Assembly: GCA_963748795.1 (NCBI GenBank)
Contig: CAVVLD010000118.1
Coordinates: forward strand, 3,131 to 67,130
Length of the DNA: 64,000 nt
Direction of reading: 5' to 3'
Origin: an uncultured Solibacteraceae bacterium
GTDB lineage: Bacteria > Acidobacteriota > Terriglobia > Bryobacterales > Bryobacteraceae
Shown here: positions 20,735 to 31,700 of the stretch, one piece after another
Numbering within the stretch: the stretch's first letter is position 1
Layout of the letters: each line of letters begins with the position of its first letter
Translations under genes and position numbers: made by a program
Notes under the pieces: model-generated
The model's input: the letters and a program-made list of their open reading frames with translations, nothing else
What the model was told of the DNA's origin: nothing
Database searches by the model: none

Positions 20735-21248
20735 ATGCGCTCGTTCATTCTAGTCGCCTGCGCAACTGCCTTATGTGGGCAGACAGTTATGGAATCGCGG
20801 GCACGACGAGTGTCACGCTTGGAACAGCCCTTGGATGACCTCGCCAGGCAATGGCTGCTCGATCCCTTACCTCAACACAGAGCTTGGGGGGCGAGATTGG
20901 CCCAGCCGTGTTGGGGACTCCTCGCTCGATGCCGACTTAGTCGCCGCTTTGGGCGACCTCGGGTCAGTCGCGGCAGGACCGGAGGACGACGAGCACAGAA
21001 TGCGTCTCGCCCTGCTTGACGCCCTGATACAACGCGGGAGCATGGTTCCAGAGGAAGCCGGTCTATCCCTGTTCCGGCAGTATCCCGCTCAGGCGCTGAT
21101 TATGTTGTATCGGAGAGGTTGTCCTCACCTTGCAACCAGCCTTGCAATACTGAACAGAGCGATTGCCGACGAAGCTTGGCTGGCGGCAGCAGGTGCCTGG
21201 CCCGACAGCCAGGAGGGCCTGTCGAGCTATTGCAACGTGTGCGAGTGA
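20735..21248 (+). CDS. Hypothetical secreted protein (frameshifted; may extend further downstream)
   Basis: Signal-like MRSFILVACATALCGQTV (ORF 20735..21019), then ORF 20775..21248 (DADLVAALGDLGSVAAG...LLDALIQRG...ALIMLYRRG), vaguely HEAT-like. Plausible continuations lie in other frames to about 21564. Confidence 0.35.
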
Positions 21249-21799
21249 AGGCCCGGATCGAGGTTTTCGACGTAGAAAGAGAGAGGACTATTGGCGGCAC
21301 TCCGGGCGGCCCCCTGGCCGGCATCATCGGTTCGATTCCCAGCGAGTGGCCCCCGGAAACTACTTAGGGCTTGCGATTGATCGGGAAGCCGGGGCAGGCT
21401 ACGTTCTATTGAGCGGCGGACCGCATCCCCGTATATTACGTGAAAAGATCGATCTCCGAGTGACTGGCGCGAATCGGACTGTAACTGGCATCGTGGAGAC
21501 CGGAACCAATTCGCCCTGGACATTCTTGCCAGTAGCGCTGGGTCACCTTTCGGCCGCCCTCTAGAACCGGTAGGCCGAGCGAGACTGCACTGGGCGACGC
21601 CAGAACAAGGCCACATCGATTTGGAAGCGCTCGCGGACGACCTGCAACGGAGGTACTCCCAGTTGCTCTCCGGCTTGATGAGTCGGAAACTGTTGACCCC
21701 CCTTGAGCGCAGCCGCTGCCCCAATCTGTCGATATCGAAGTCTATGACAATCGCATCGATCGGAGTCAAGCTCTCCCGATCCTGGCAGTTCACGAACAG

Positions 21800-22153
21800 C
21801 TTAAATGATCTTTCAAAAACCAACTGGTCGCCCGCCAGCGTACCGGTTCGTTGCGCGGTGCCCGCGGGAAGTTCCAGGATGGAACGCGCCGAAAGGCACA
21901 TCGAAAGCCGCCACGCCGGCACCGCGTGACGCACTTTGCGGACTTTCTTTTGCTTGTCCAGATACACCAGGTCGATCGGAAATTTCATAAAGAACGTGTG
22001 GACCGATTCGCAAGGAGTGATCCACAGTCCCTGTCCGGCGTCCAGGCGGTCGTGTTTCAACAAACCGGTCCGCCGGGTCGAACTGCTATCCGCCACGTCC
22101 ACGGCATCGCCTAAAACGGTGTCGCGGGTCTGATTGCGCACCAATACTTTCAA
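21800..22153 (-). CDS. DUF192 (COG1430) family protein; 3-prime end uncertain
   Basis: The first ~115 residues of ORF 21227..22153 show the DUF192 pattern (MKVLVRNQTRDTVLGDAV ... GLLKHDRLDAGQGLWITPCESVHTFFMKFPIDLVYLD ... ILELPAGTAQRTGTLAGDQLVFE). The remaining ~190 residues are Arg/Ser-rich and look like read-through after a missed stop near a T run at about 21805. Confidence 0.55.
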
Positions 22154-22397
22154 TTTGATTTGAAAACTATAACACGCTGGAGGGGCGGGCGGTTGCGGAG
22201 GCGTTCGGAAAGCCGGTCACGCACGTGTTCCGGCACATTCTCGGAAGCCGTAACTCATTGTTTCTCTTTATGTTTTTGTTTTTTCGACTGCCGGCGCGGG
22301 CCGGAATCGTGCAACCGGCCAGTTACACTGAGGGCGTTGGAAGAGTTCGCCTCTCTCCCGCGCCCATCCGGGTGCGGATTCATTTTCCGGAGGAAAT

Positions 22398-23681
22398 ATG
22401 TTTTCGCGTTTCTGGTTCGCAGCCGTGCTGGTGTCGTCCGCGCTCGCTGCCGGTCCGGCGTTGACCACGATTCAAGACGTGCTTTACAAGGCCGATGGTA
22501 CCCGCTTCAACGGTTCGGTGACGATCAGTTGGAACAGTTTTCAGGCTGCCGATAACTCCAGCATCGTGACGCAATCCACCACGGTGAAAGTAGTGGACGG
22601 AGTGTTTCGCGTGCAACTGGCGCCCACCACCACCGCCGTCCCTCAAGTGTATTATTCCGTCGTCTATACCAGCGATGGCCGCGTGCAATTCCAGGAAACC
22701 TGGGCGGTGCCCTCGAGCGGACAAGCGCTGCGCATCCGCGATGTGCGGATTGCCGCCGCGACCGCCGCGTCGTCGTCGGGTTCGAGCGCCGGCGATACCG
22801 GCACCACGCCGATACCCGAGTCCTCGGTAGTCGGACTGATTGCCGACCTTGGTTCCCGCCCGCTCAAAGGCGTGTCCTACGCCGCCGGGTCGGTGGCTGT
22901 TGTGGACCCGACCGGCATGTTGTCTTCGGTGAGCGGCGCGCCGTCGGATTGCGTCCACGTGGACGGATCGTCCGGCCCTTGCGGTGGGGTGCAGCCTTCG
23001 TTCATTGACAGCGAGGCGCTCAGCGGCATCGTGGACGGGGCCAACAACCTCTTCGGGATCTCGACCGTGCCGGATCCCGCCAGCAGTTTGGCCATCTACC
23101 GCAACGGCATGCTCCAGAAGGCCGGCCAGGATTTCAGCGTGACCGGCAGCACCGTGCAGTTCCTGACCGGAGCGACGCCGCAGCCCGGCGATACCCTCCT
23201 GGCCAGCTACCGCGTAGAGAGCCAGGATCCCGGAGGCGCAGCCCGCCACCAGCCCGCAGGTGCTCTGTAGCGGCTCCGGCGGCACTACCAGCAGCCTGAC
23301 CCTCGCGAACATCGGCAGTTGCGCCGTTCAACCCGGCGTGCTGCAGCCGGGCGACCGCCTGGAAATCCGCTTTGACGCGGCTCACACCGGGAACCGCCGC
23401 GGGCTTTTCGCGTGGAAGTGGACTGGGGAGGCACGGTGCTGGTGCATCGCGATGCCGCCGCCGGCGATGCGCTGATGACCGGCATGGCCGGCGCGGCCAT
23501 CCAGGACACCGGCGCCCAGGTGAGTTCCCAAAGCTGGGGCACCATCCTGCCATTCGCCGCGACAGTCGGAACCGCCGGCGACGATTACGCCAACGGCTTG
23601 AGTATTTCGTTCCAGGGCAAGGTTGCTCAAACCGGCGACAGCGTGACGCTAACCAACTTCACGGTGGTGCGCATCCCTTAA
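22398..23681 (+). CDS. Secreted hypothetical protein, beta-rich (two frameshifts near 23240 and 23400)
   Basis: Signal peptide MFSRFWFAAVLVSSALAAGP, followed by ORF 22398..23270, ORF 23260..23475 and ORF 23412..23681. Contains LAIYRNGMLQKAGQDFSVTGSTVQFLTGATPQPGDTLLASYRV. No family recognised. Confidence 0.5.
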
Positions 23682-23713
23682 TTTCTTCGTACAATACGTG
23701 AAGGAGACTTTCA

Positions 23714-24040
23714 ATGGAAGACGGTCACGAGTCGGCCACGAAAGCAGACCTCTTGCAGTTGGGTGAGCAGCTACGTTCCGAGTTCCATCACGGTTTTGAC
23801 GATGTCAAAGAGCAGCTACGTTCCGAGTTCCAACACGGCTTTGACGATCTCAAAGAAACCCTGCGCGACGTGCAGACCGAGCTGCTAAGGGCATTCTACA
23901 GCTTCGCCCAAAGCACCGAGACGAAGCTCAAGGAATCCGAACTCGCCGACTTCATGCTCCGACAGCGGCTCACGGCTGTCGAAGCAAGGCTCCTCGAAGT
24001 CGAAAAGCGGCTGAACTTCCCGAATCAGCCCCCTCAGTAG
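23714..24040 (+). CDS. Small coiled-coil protein with an internal 15-residue tandem repeat
   Basis: Intact 108 aa ORF with AGGAG at 23703..23707 upstream. It is heptad-like and charged, and EQLRSEFHHGFDDVK is followed by EQLRSEFQHGFDDLK. Confidence 0.5.
   Translation: MEDGHESATKADLLQLGEQLRSEFHHGFDDVKEQLRSEFQHGFDDLKETLRDVQTELLRAFYSFAQSTETKLKESELADFMLRQRLTAVEARLLEVEKRLNFPNQPPQ
23765..23854 (+). repeat. 45-bp tandem duplication (2 units) inside the coiled-coil gene
   Basis: gagcagctacgttccgagttccatcacggttttgacgatgtcaaa is followed directly by gagcagctacgttccgagttccaacacggctttgacgatctcaaa (4 mismatches). Confidence 0.9.
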
Positions 24041-24055
24041 GTCAGGCGCATTTTC

Positions 24056-25076
24056 TACCCCACATACCGCGCGTACAAACTTCGCGCGACTCCCGGATCG
24101 GCCGTACCTTTCACGATGGCGCGGCCGTCCGGAAATACCGTCATCTCATAAGGCGGAATGAAAAACCGCAGGGCGATATTCGTTGGCGCGGACTTCACCC
24201 AGCGGCCTCAGCCGCGCCGCCAGGTCCCGCAGATCGATGGGCCTTTCGCGATCGCGGACCTGCACCGCATTGCGGCCGCACAAGCTCACCGGCGGGCAGT
24301 GCGGTTCGTTCCAGGTACGGGAATTCCCGCCGCCCGCAGGTCGGACATTCGGGATCGCGCGGCGGGCCGCCGATCTGGCGGATGCCGCCCTCCCAGACAT
24401 CGACGGTGGTGATGCGCGGGCGCACCAGGTGCGCATTGCCGGAGAGAATCTTCAGCGCGTCGGCCACCTGCAGGGAAGCCACCACCGATACGATCGCATT
24501 CAGCACGCCGGCCGTCTCGCAGGTGGGTTGGACTCCCGCGGGCTGCTCCGGATAGACGCACCGCAGGCAGGCCGTCACGTCCGGAATCACCGGCATCGCC
24601 AGGCCGTAGCTGCCGACCGCGGCTCCGTAGATCCAGGGAATTCCGCGGCTCACGGCGTAATCGTTAATCAGGTAGCGCGTGTCGAAATTGTCGGTGCCGT
24701 CCAGGATCAGGCCGGCGCCGTCCAGCAAATCTTCCACGTTCGCGGCCGTCAGGTCCGCCACCGCGGCGCGGACGGAAATGCTGGAATTGATGGCGGCGAT
24801 GCGTTTTTGCGCGGCCACCGCCTTGGGCAGGGACTCGGCCGCGTCGGCTTCTTCGAACAGCCACTGGCGCTGCAGATTGCTCGGCTCCACGTAGTCGCGG
24901 TCGACGATGGTGAGCCGGCCCACGCCGGCCCGCGCCAGCGCCGCCGCATGGAAACTGCCCAGGGCTCCGCAGCCGACGATCGCCGCGTGCGACCGCAGCA
25001 ACGCCTCCTGCCCCGCTTCTCCAATTCCTGGAAACAGGATCTGCCGCGAATATCGCTCGCGCCCGGCCGGGTCCAT
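24056..25076 (-). CDS. ThiF/MoeB/HesA-family E1-like adenylyltransferase with C-terminal extension (frameshifted near 24290 and 24150)
   Basis: [34 protein letters not shown] (nucleotide-binding loop), [29 protein letters not shown], and Cys pairs CLRCVYP and [12 protein letters not shown]. The tail continues in other frames ([27 protein letters not shown] ... [18 protein letters not shown]) to TAG at 24056. Confidence 0.75.
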
Positions 25077-25084
25077 GGAAGCTC

Positions 25085-28000
25085 ATGGTAACAAAGTTGC
25101 TATGGAGCGCTTACGCTATCATGAGGATCGTGTGCCGGCGGTTTGCCTTCATTCTTCGCGCGCTCCTGCTTGTCTGCCGTGGGCGGGCTGCGGATCGGGC
25201 CAGGCTCAGATATCAAAAGTACGAAGGCCAGCCGATAAAGAACATTCAGTTCGATCCCGCGGCGCAGCCCCTCGAACCCGATGAGCTGTTTCAGATTCTG
25301 CCCCTGAAACGCGGCCAGCCGCTTCAAATGTCGGTGGTGCGCGCCAGCATCGAACGCCTGTTCGCCACCGGACGGTATGCCGACATTCAGGTCGAGGCCG
25401 ATCCCTACGAAGACGGCGTGATCGTCCGATTCGTCACCACCAATAGCTGGTTCATCGGGTCGGTTACGGTGCGCGGCGACGTCTCCAACCCGCCCAGCGC
25501 CGCACAACTGGAAAATGCCACCCAACTCAACCTGGGCGAGCCTTACACGGAATCCAAACTTACGATGGCCCAGGCGAACCAGCGGCGCCTGCTGGAAGCC
25601 AACGGACTGTACCACGCCACCGTGCATCCTTCGTTCGATTGGGAAACCGGAAGAGACTACCAACAGGTGAACATCACGCTTGGAGGTGGATAGCGGACCG
25701 CGTGCCCATTTCAGCACACCTGTGCTGGTCGGCGATGCCAAGATGGATCCGGACCGGATTCTCCGCGCCACCAAGTTCCGCCGGTGGATCATTCACACCT
25801 GGAAGCCGATGACCCAGACGCGCGTGCGCCAGGCGCTGGATGGAGTGCGCGCCCTCTACCTGAAGGACAACCGTCTGGAGGCCAAGGTCTCGCTGGATAG
25901 CATGAAGTTCGACGACGCGGAGAACACCGCGCGTGCCCACCCTGCGCATCGACGCCGGACCGACGCATCATCGTGAACACCATTGGCGCCAAGGTTTCCG
26001 AAGGCAAACTGCGCCGCTACATCCCGATTTACGAAGAGCACGCGGTGGATCACGATCTGCTCACGGAAGGCGCCCACAACCTGCGGGATTATTTCCAATC
26101 CGCAGGCTATTACGACGCCGAGGTGGAATTCAAAGAGCAGAACGTGATCAACGACCAGGCCACGATCGACTACCTGATCAACATCGGCGACGCGGCACAA
26201 ACTGGTCTCCATCCAGATCAGCGGGAATCGCTATTTCAGCACCGGGATGTTGACGCGAGCGCATGTTCCTGCGCACCGCGTCGTTTCTGCAGTTCCCGCA
26301 CGGCCGCTACAGCGAGAACCTGGTGGCGCGCGACGAGGACACCATTCGCAACCTCTACCAGTCCAACGGATTTCGCGACGTGGAAGTGACCCACCGGTCG
26401 CAGGACGACTACCAGGGGCAAGACCGGCGAAATCGCGGTCTTCTTGACGATCAAGGAGGGGCCGCAGTATTTCATCAATAACCTGCAGGTGAGCGGCATC
26501 GAGAAACTGGATCCGCAAACTGGTGCTCTCGCAGATCAGTTCCGTCCAGGGCCAGCCCTTCAGCGAATTCAACGTCGCGGTGGACCGGGACACGATTCTG
26601 GCGAAGTACTTCGAGAAAGGCTTTCCCAATGCCACGTTCGAATGGAGTTCGAAGCCGGCAGCCGCAGCCCTACCGGGTGGATTTGCAGTTTCGTGATTCA
26701 CGAAGGCAGCCAGCAGTTCGTGCGGCAGGTGGTCTACAGCGGCAACTCAAGGACACCAGGACCGCATCGATCAACCGCACTCCTGGAACTGAATCCCGGC
26801 GATCCGCTCTCTCCCACGGCCATCACCGATACCCAGCGGCGCCTGTACGATCTGGGCGTGTTCGCGCGCGTGGACGCTGCCATTCAGGATCCCGACGGCG
26901 AGACCGACCGCAAGTACGTGCTCTACCAACTGGACGAAGCGCGGCGCTATCTCGATCGCGTTCGGCTTCGGCGCCGAGATTGCGCCGCATCGGCGGGTGC
27001 AGCACCTGCCTGGATGCTCCCGCCGGCGCCACCGGCTTTTCGCCGCGCGTCTCCTTCGACATCACGCGCAACAATCTCTGGGGGATAACCCACAGCATCA
27101 GCCTGCGCACGCGCGTTTCCACGCTGGAACAGCAGGCCCTGCTCACTTACACCTGGCCGCGTTTCGCAGGACAACGACAATCTGAGCTTTCTCGATCACC
27201 GGACTGTACGACAACTCGACGGATGTGCGCACGTTTTCGTCCAGGCGGGAAGAAGGCTTCGCTGCAGCTCTCCCAACAGCTCACGAAAGCCACCACGCTC
27301 TTCTACCGCTACTCCTACCGCCGCGTGAGTATCGACCAGGCCACTTTGAAGATCACGCCGTTTCTGATTCCCCTGCTGTCGCAGCCGGTCCGCGTGGGCG
27401 AACTTTCGATGTCGGCATGATCCAGGATCGTCGCGACGACCCCGTGGATCCGCACAAGGGCTTCTACAATACGATCGACGTCGGGCTGCCGGAACACGTC
27501 TTCGGATCGCAGCGCAATTACGTACGCTTTCTGGGCCGCAATGCCACCTACTATCCGCTCAGCCAAGCGGCTGGTGCTGGCGCGCAGCACGCAATTCGGC
27601 GATGATCTACGCGTTCAACTACAGCGGCGATCCGCTGGACGCCATTCCGCTGGCCGAGCGCTTCTTCGGCGGCGGCGGCACTTCCCACCGCGGCTTCCGC
27701 GAAAATCAGGCCGGCCCGCGCGATCTCGACACCGGGTTTCCGCTCGGCGGCACGGCCCTGCTCTTCAACCAGACCGAACTGCGCTTTCCGCTGATCGGCG
27801 ACAATATCGGCGGCGTGCTGTTTCACGATATGGGCAACATCTACTCCAGCATCGACAACGTTCTCGTTTCGCGTGAAGCAGCGATGACTTGCAGGACTTC
27901 GACTACATGGTGCACGCGGTGGGCTTCGGCCTGCGCTACCGCACACCCGTCGGCCCGGTGCGCGTGGACCTGGCCTACAGCCTCAATCCACCGCACTTTT

Positions 28001-28133
28001 TCGGCTGGAATGGAACCGAGCAGGAACTGATCAACGCCGGCGTCAATCCGTGCGCCAACGGCAACCAGCCTGTGCACCGTGCACGAACATGGGCCATTTT
28101 CAATTCTTCTTTTCCATAGGACAGACCTTTTGA
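25085..28133 (+). CDS. bamA: BamA/TamA-family outer membrane protein assembly factor (POTRA repeats plus Omp85 barrel), about 10 frame changes
   Basis: POTRA-like units (IKNIQFDPAAQPLEPDELFQILPLKRGQPL; GPQYFINNLQVSGIEKLD). Barrel motifs RFFGGGGTSHRGF and VHAVGFGLRYRTPVGPVRVDLAYSLN. The terminal HFQFFFSIGQTF ends at TGA 28131..28133. Pieces are spread over ten overlapping ORFs from 25085..25693 to 27889..28119. Confidence 0.8.
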
Positions 28134-28145
28134 GAGCCTCGGGAC

Positions 28146-28795
28146 ATGGAAGTGGAGGGCGGCCGCGACTTTGGCGGCAGTGGCGCTGCTGCGCGCCGAT
28201 ATCATCGACCGCATCGCCGTTTCGGTCGGGCAATCGCGTGATCACCACCAGCGACCTCGATCGCGAGATTCGCGTCACGGCCTTTCTCAACGGCGTCAAA
28301 CCCGATTTCACGACGGCCGCGCAAACGCGCCACGCTCGATCGCATGGTGGAACAAAAGCTGATTCACAACGAACTGGAGAACGCCCGCTATCCCGTCCCC
28401 GCCGCTTCTGAAGTGCATGCCCGAACTGGCGCAATTCAAAGCCAGGTTCTTCGCCAACGACGCCGCCTACCAACAGGCGCTGGCCGCTGCCGGGACTCAC
28501 CGAACAGGACCTGAAAGACGAACTGCTGTGGCAGCGCACGCTGCTGCTGTTCATCGACATCCGCTTCCGGCCCGGCGTTCAGGTGACGGACCAGGAGATC
28601 CAGGATTATTTCGATAAAACCGTGGCGCCGGCGGCCAGGCTGGCCCATCCGAATGAGACGCCGCAACTGAAGGACTACCGCGACCAGATCGAGCAGACGC
28701 TGATCGGGCAAAAAGTGGACCGCGAAATGGACACCTGGCTGCAGGCTGCGCGCCGGCGCACGCAGATTGTCTATCATCCGGAGGCGATTCAGTGA
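28146..28795 (+). CDS. SurA N-terminal-domain-like periplasmic chaperone (no rotamase domain), frameshifted
   Basis: Signal-like WRAAATLAAVALLRA, then DIIDRIAVSVGNRVITTSDLDREIRVTAFLNG ... LDRMVEQKLI ... DELLWQRTLLLFIDIRFRPGVQVTDQEIQDYFDK ... (ORF 28583..28795 tail). Confidence 0.55.
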
Positions 28796-31700
28796 GCCGC
28801 AAACGCAAAGTATGGATCCTGTGCAGCTCTCTGGTGGGAATGGCGCTGTTGCTGGCGGGCGCCCTGGTAATGACGCTGCAGAGCGCCTGGCTGTACAACA
28901 AAGTGCGGGAGCGCATCGTCACCGAAGTGGAAAAGGCAACCGGCGGGCGCGTGGAACTCGCGGCCTTCCGTTTTGACTGGCGGCAAATGCGCGCGGAGGC
29001 CCGCGGGTTGACGGTACACGGCAAGGAAACCGCGGACAAGCCGCCGCTGCTGCACGCTGCCTCGGTGGTCATCGGGCTCAAGCTGGTGTCGCTGGTGCGG
29101 CGCGATGTGAATATCGAATCCGTGGACGTTGCCGAACCGCACGTCTTCCTTATCGTCAATCCCGACGGCAGCACCAACCTGCCCGAGCCGAAGACTCCAC
29201 CGAACCCCGGCTCGCGCCCGCTGGACCCGCTCTTTCAACTGGCTGCCGGGCGGTTCCAACTGCGGCACGGTATTTTCGAAGTGGAATCGCGCAGCCGGAC
29301 GCCGTTCGATGCGCGCGGCCAGAACCTGGAACTCGCCCTGTTTTTCGATGGCGCCGGTCCGCGATACCGCGGCACCCTTTCCATGCGGCCGCTGGAGGTG
29401 CAGGCGCCCGGCGTCGCGCCCACGCCGCTGGACGTCACCATGGCGCTGGAGGTGGAGCGGAACCGCATCGGCATTACCAGTGCCGACATCGCCACCGGAC
29501 ATTCCAGGCTGCACCTGAACGGCGAGCTGGCCGATTTACAATCGCCTCACGGTGCGGTGCACTACCAGTTGAACGCCTCGGTAGCCGATGCGTCCCGTGC
29601 ATTCGGCATCAAGCTGCTGGATCGCGGCGAAGTGCAATCGCAGGGCACCCTGACATGGCCGGGCGGCGCCGCCTACACCGTGACGGGCGACCTGCACGCC
29701 GCCGGAGTGGAGTATCGCGGCGCAGTACGTGCAACTGCGAAACTCGCGCGCCGAGGGAAGCGTCTCGGTGAATCCACAAAGGGTCGAGCTGACCGGTCTG
29801 CGGTTTTCCACCAGCGTGGGCGGGTCCGGCGCGTGCAAGGGTACGGTGTGGCCCTGCGCGACTCTGCTGGCGGGCAATATCGCCGCTGCCGAAGTGCGGG
29901 GGAAGCGATCTGGAACTGCGCGGCCTCGCCGTAGCCCTGCTGGGCGGCCAGTTCCAGGGGCAGGCGCGCCTGCTGGATCTGGACCGGTTTACAGTTAACG
30001 GCGAAATCAGCGGCGTGGACGCGCGTCGCGCGGTGGCGGTTTACAGCCCGGCGCCGCTCCCCTGGAATGGCATGGTGTCCGGCCAGACGCGCGTCGAGGG
30101 CCGGTTGCAGCGTTCCGGCGAACTCCGCGCCCAGGTGGACCTGAGCCTGACGCCGGCGCCGGAAGGCGCGCCCGTCCACGGGCAGTTGACGGCGACCTAC
30201 GATACGCGCGGCAACCGCATCGACGTGGGACATTCGACCCTGACGTTGCCCTCATCCAGCGCGGAAATTTCCGGCGTGGTCGGCTCGCGCCTGCAGGTCC
30301 ACCTGGAAACGCGCGACTTGAACGATTTTCTTCCGGTCCTGGGACAGAGCGCGGCGGCGCTTCCGGTGAAGTTGCAGAACGGCTCGGCCGTTTTCGATGG
30401 CGCGGTCACCGGCACCCTGGACCGCCCGCAGTTGAGCGGTCACATGCAGACCACCAACGTAGTCTATTCGGGCCAGACCATCGATGGCTTCCAGGCGGAC
30501 GTGGATGCCACCGAAGACAATCTCCGCCTGCGGAACGCATCGGTGGCTCGGGGCTCCCTGCGCGCGCAGTTTCAACTGGCGGTAGCGCTGCAACAGTGGA
30601 AGCCCGGGAACGGCAGCCTCATCGATGGCAGCGGAACGATCCGTGGCGCGGCGGTGACGGATCTTGCGGCGCTGGCGACTGCCAAACCGCTTCCCGTTTC
30701 GGGGACGCTGAATGCCACCGCCCGGGTGAACGGCACCATTAGCGATCCCCTGGTTACGGCTGACCTGGAAGTGACCAAGGGCCAAACGTATGGCGAGCCC
30801 TTCGATCGGTTCACCGGCCACGTCCGCTACACCGCGCGGCAAATCGAACTGAGCGGCGGGCAGGCCACCGCGGGCTCCAAGACGGCGCAGTTGTCGGTCA
30901 CGTTCGACCACGCTCCACAGGTTCTGGACGCCGGGCGCCTGCGCTTTCAGATCAACACCGGCGCGACTCCGTTGGACCAGGTCAAAACAATATTCGCCGA
31001 ATATCCGGGGGTGAAAGGCACCATCCAGTTGACGGCGTCCGGCGCGCTGGATCTGGCTCCGGCCCGCAATGGGGAAATCGAGGTGCGGGTGGTGGATCTG
31101 GAAGGCGACTTCTCCGGCCGCGGCCTGCAGCTTACCGGCCAGGCGCTGGGCGATGCGCATCTCACCGTGAACTCGCAGGGGAAGGCACTGCACGCGCACC
31201 TGGAATCCGCGGTGGCGAATTCCAATATCCGCGGCGATGGCGCATGGGACCTGTCCGGCGACGACCCCGGCACCGCCACGATCACCTTTTCGCGCGTGGA
31301 TTTCGCAGCCCTACGGGATTGGCTTCTGCCGTCCCACCCGGCGGGGTCCCTGCCTTTCGCAGGGTTCGCCGAAGGCCAGTTGACCGTTAGCGCTCCTCTG
31401 CTGAAACCACAAGCCGGCCGGGCGCAACTGCGCATTCCCACCCTGGAAATCACCACGGCGCCGCCGACCGGTCCGAAGCCCGCCGCCGCGCCGCCGAACC
31501 TGACCCTCCGCAATTCGGGCCCCATCGTAGCCGACCTGGTAAATTCGGTCGTCACCGTCACCAGCGCCCACCTGGTGGGCCGCGATACCGATCTCAGCCG
31601 TCACCGGCAAGGCTTCGCTCCAGGACAAGAGCCCGCTGGACCTGCGCGTCAACGGCAAGGTAGACCTGGCCATCATGCGGGAGATCAACCGGGATTTTGT

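Larger units (their letters stand above)
19748..20763 (+). repeat. Direct repeat copy 2 (about 1.02 kb), paired with 15642..16665
   Basis: See copy 1. The left edge starts abruptly inside the TIGR03437 domain coding sequence. The right edge continues into the full-length MRSFILVAC... gene. Confidence 0.9.
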
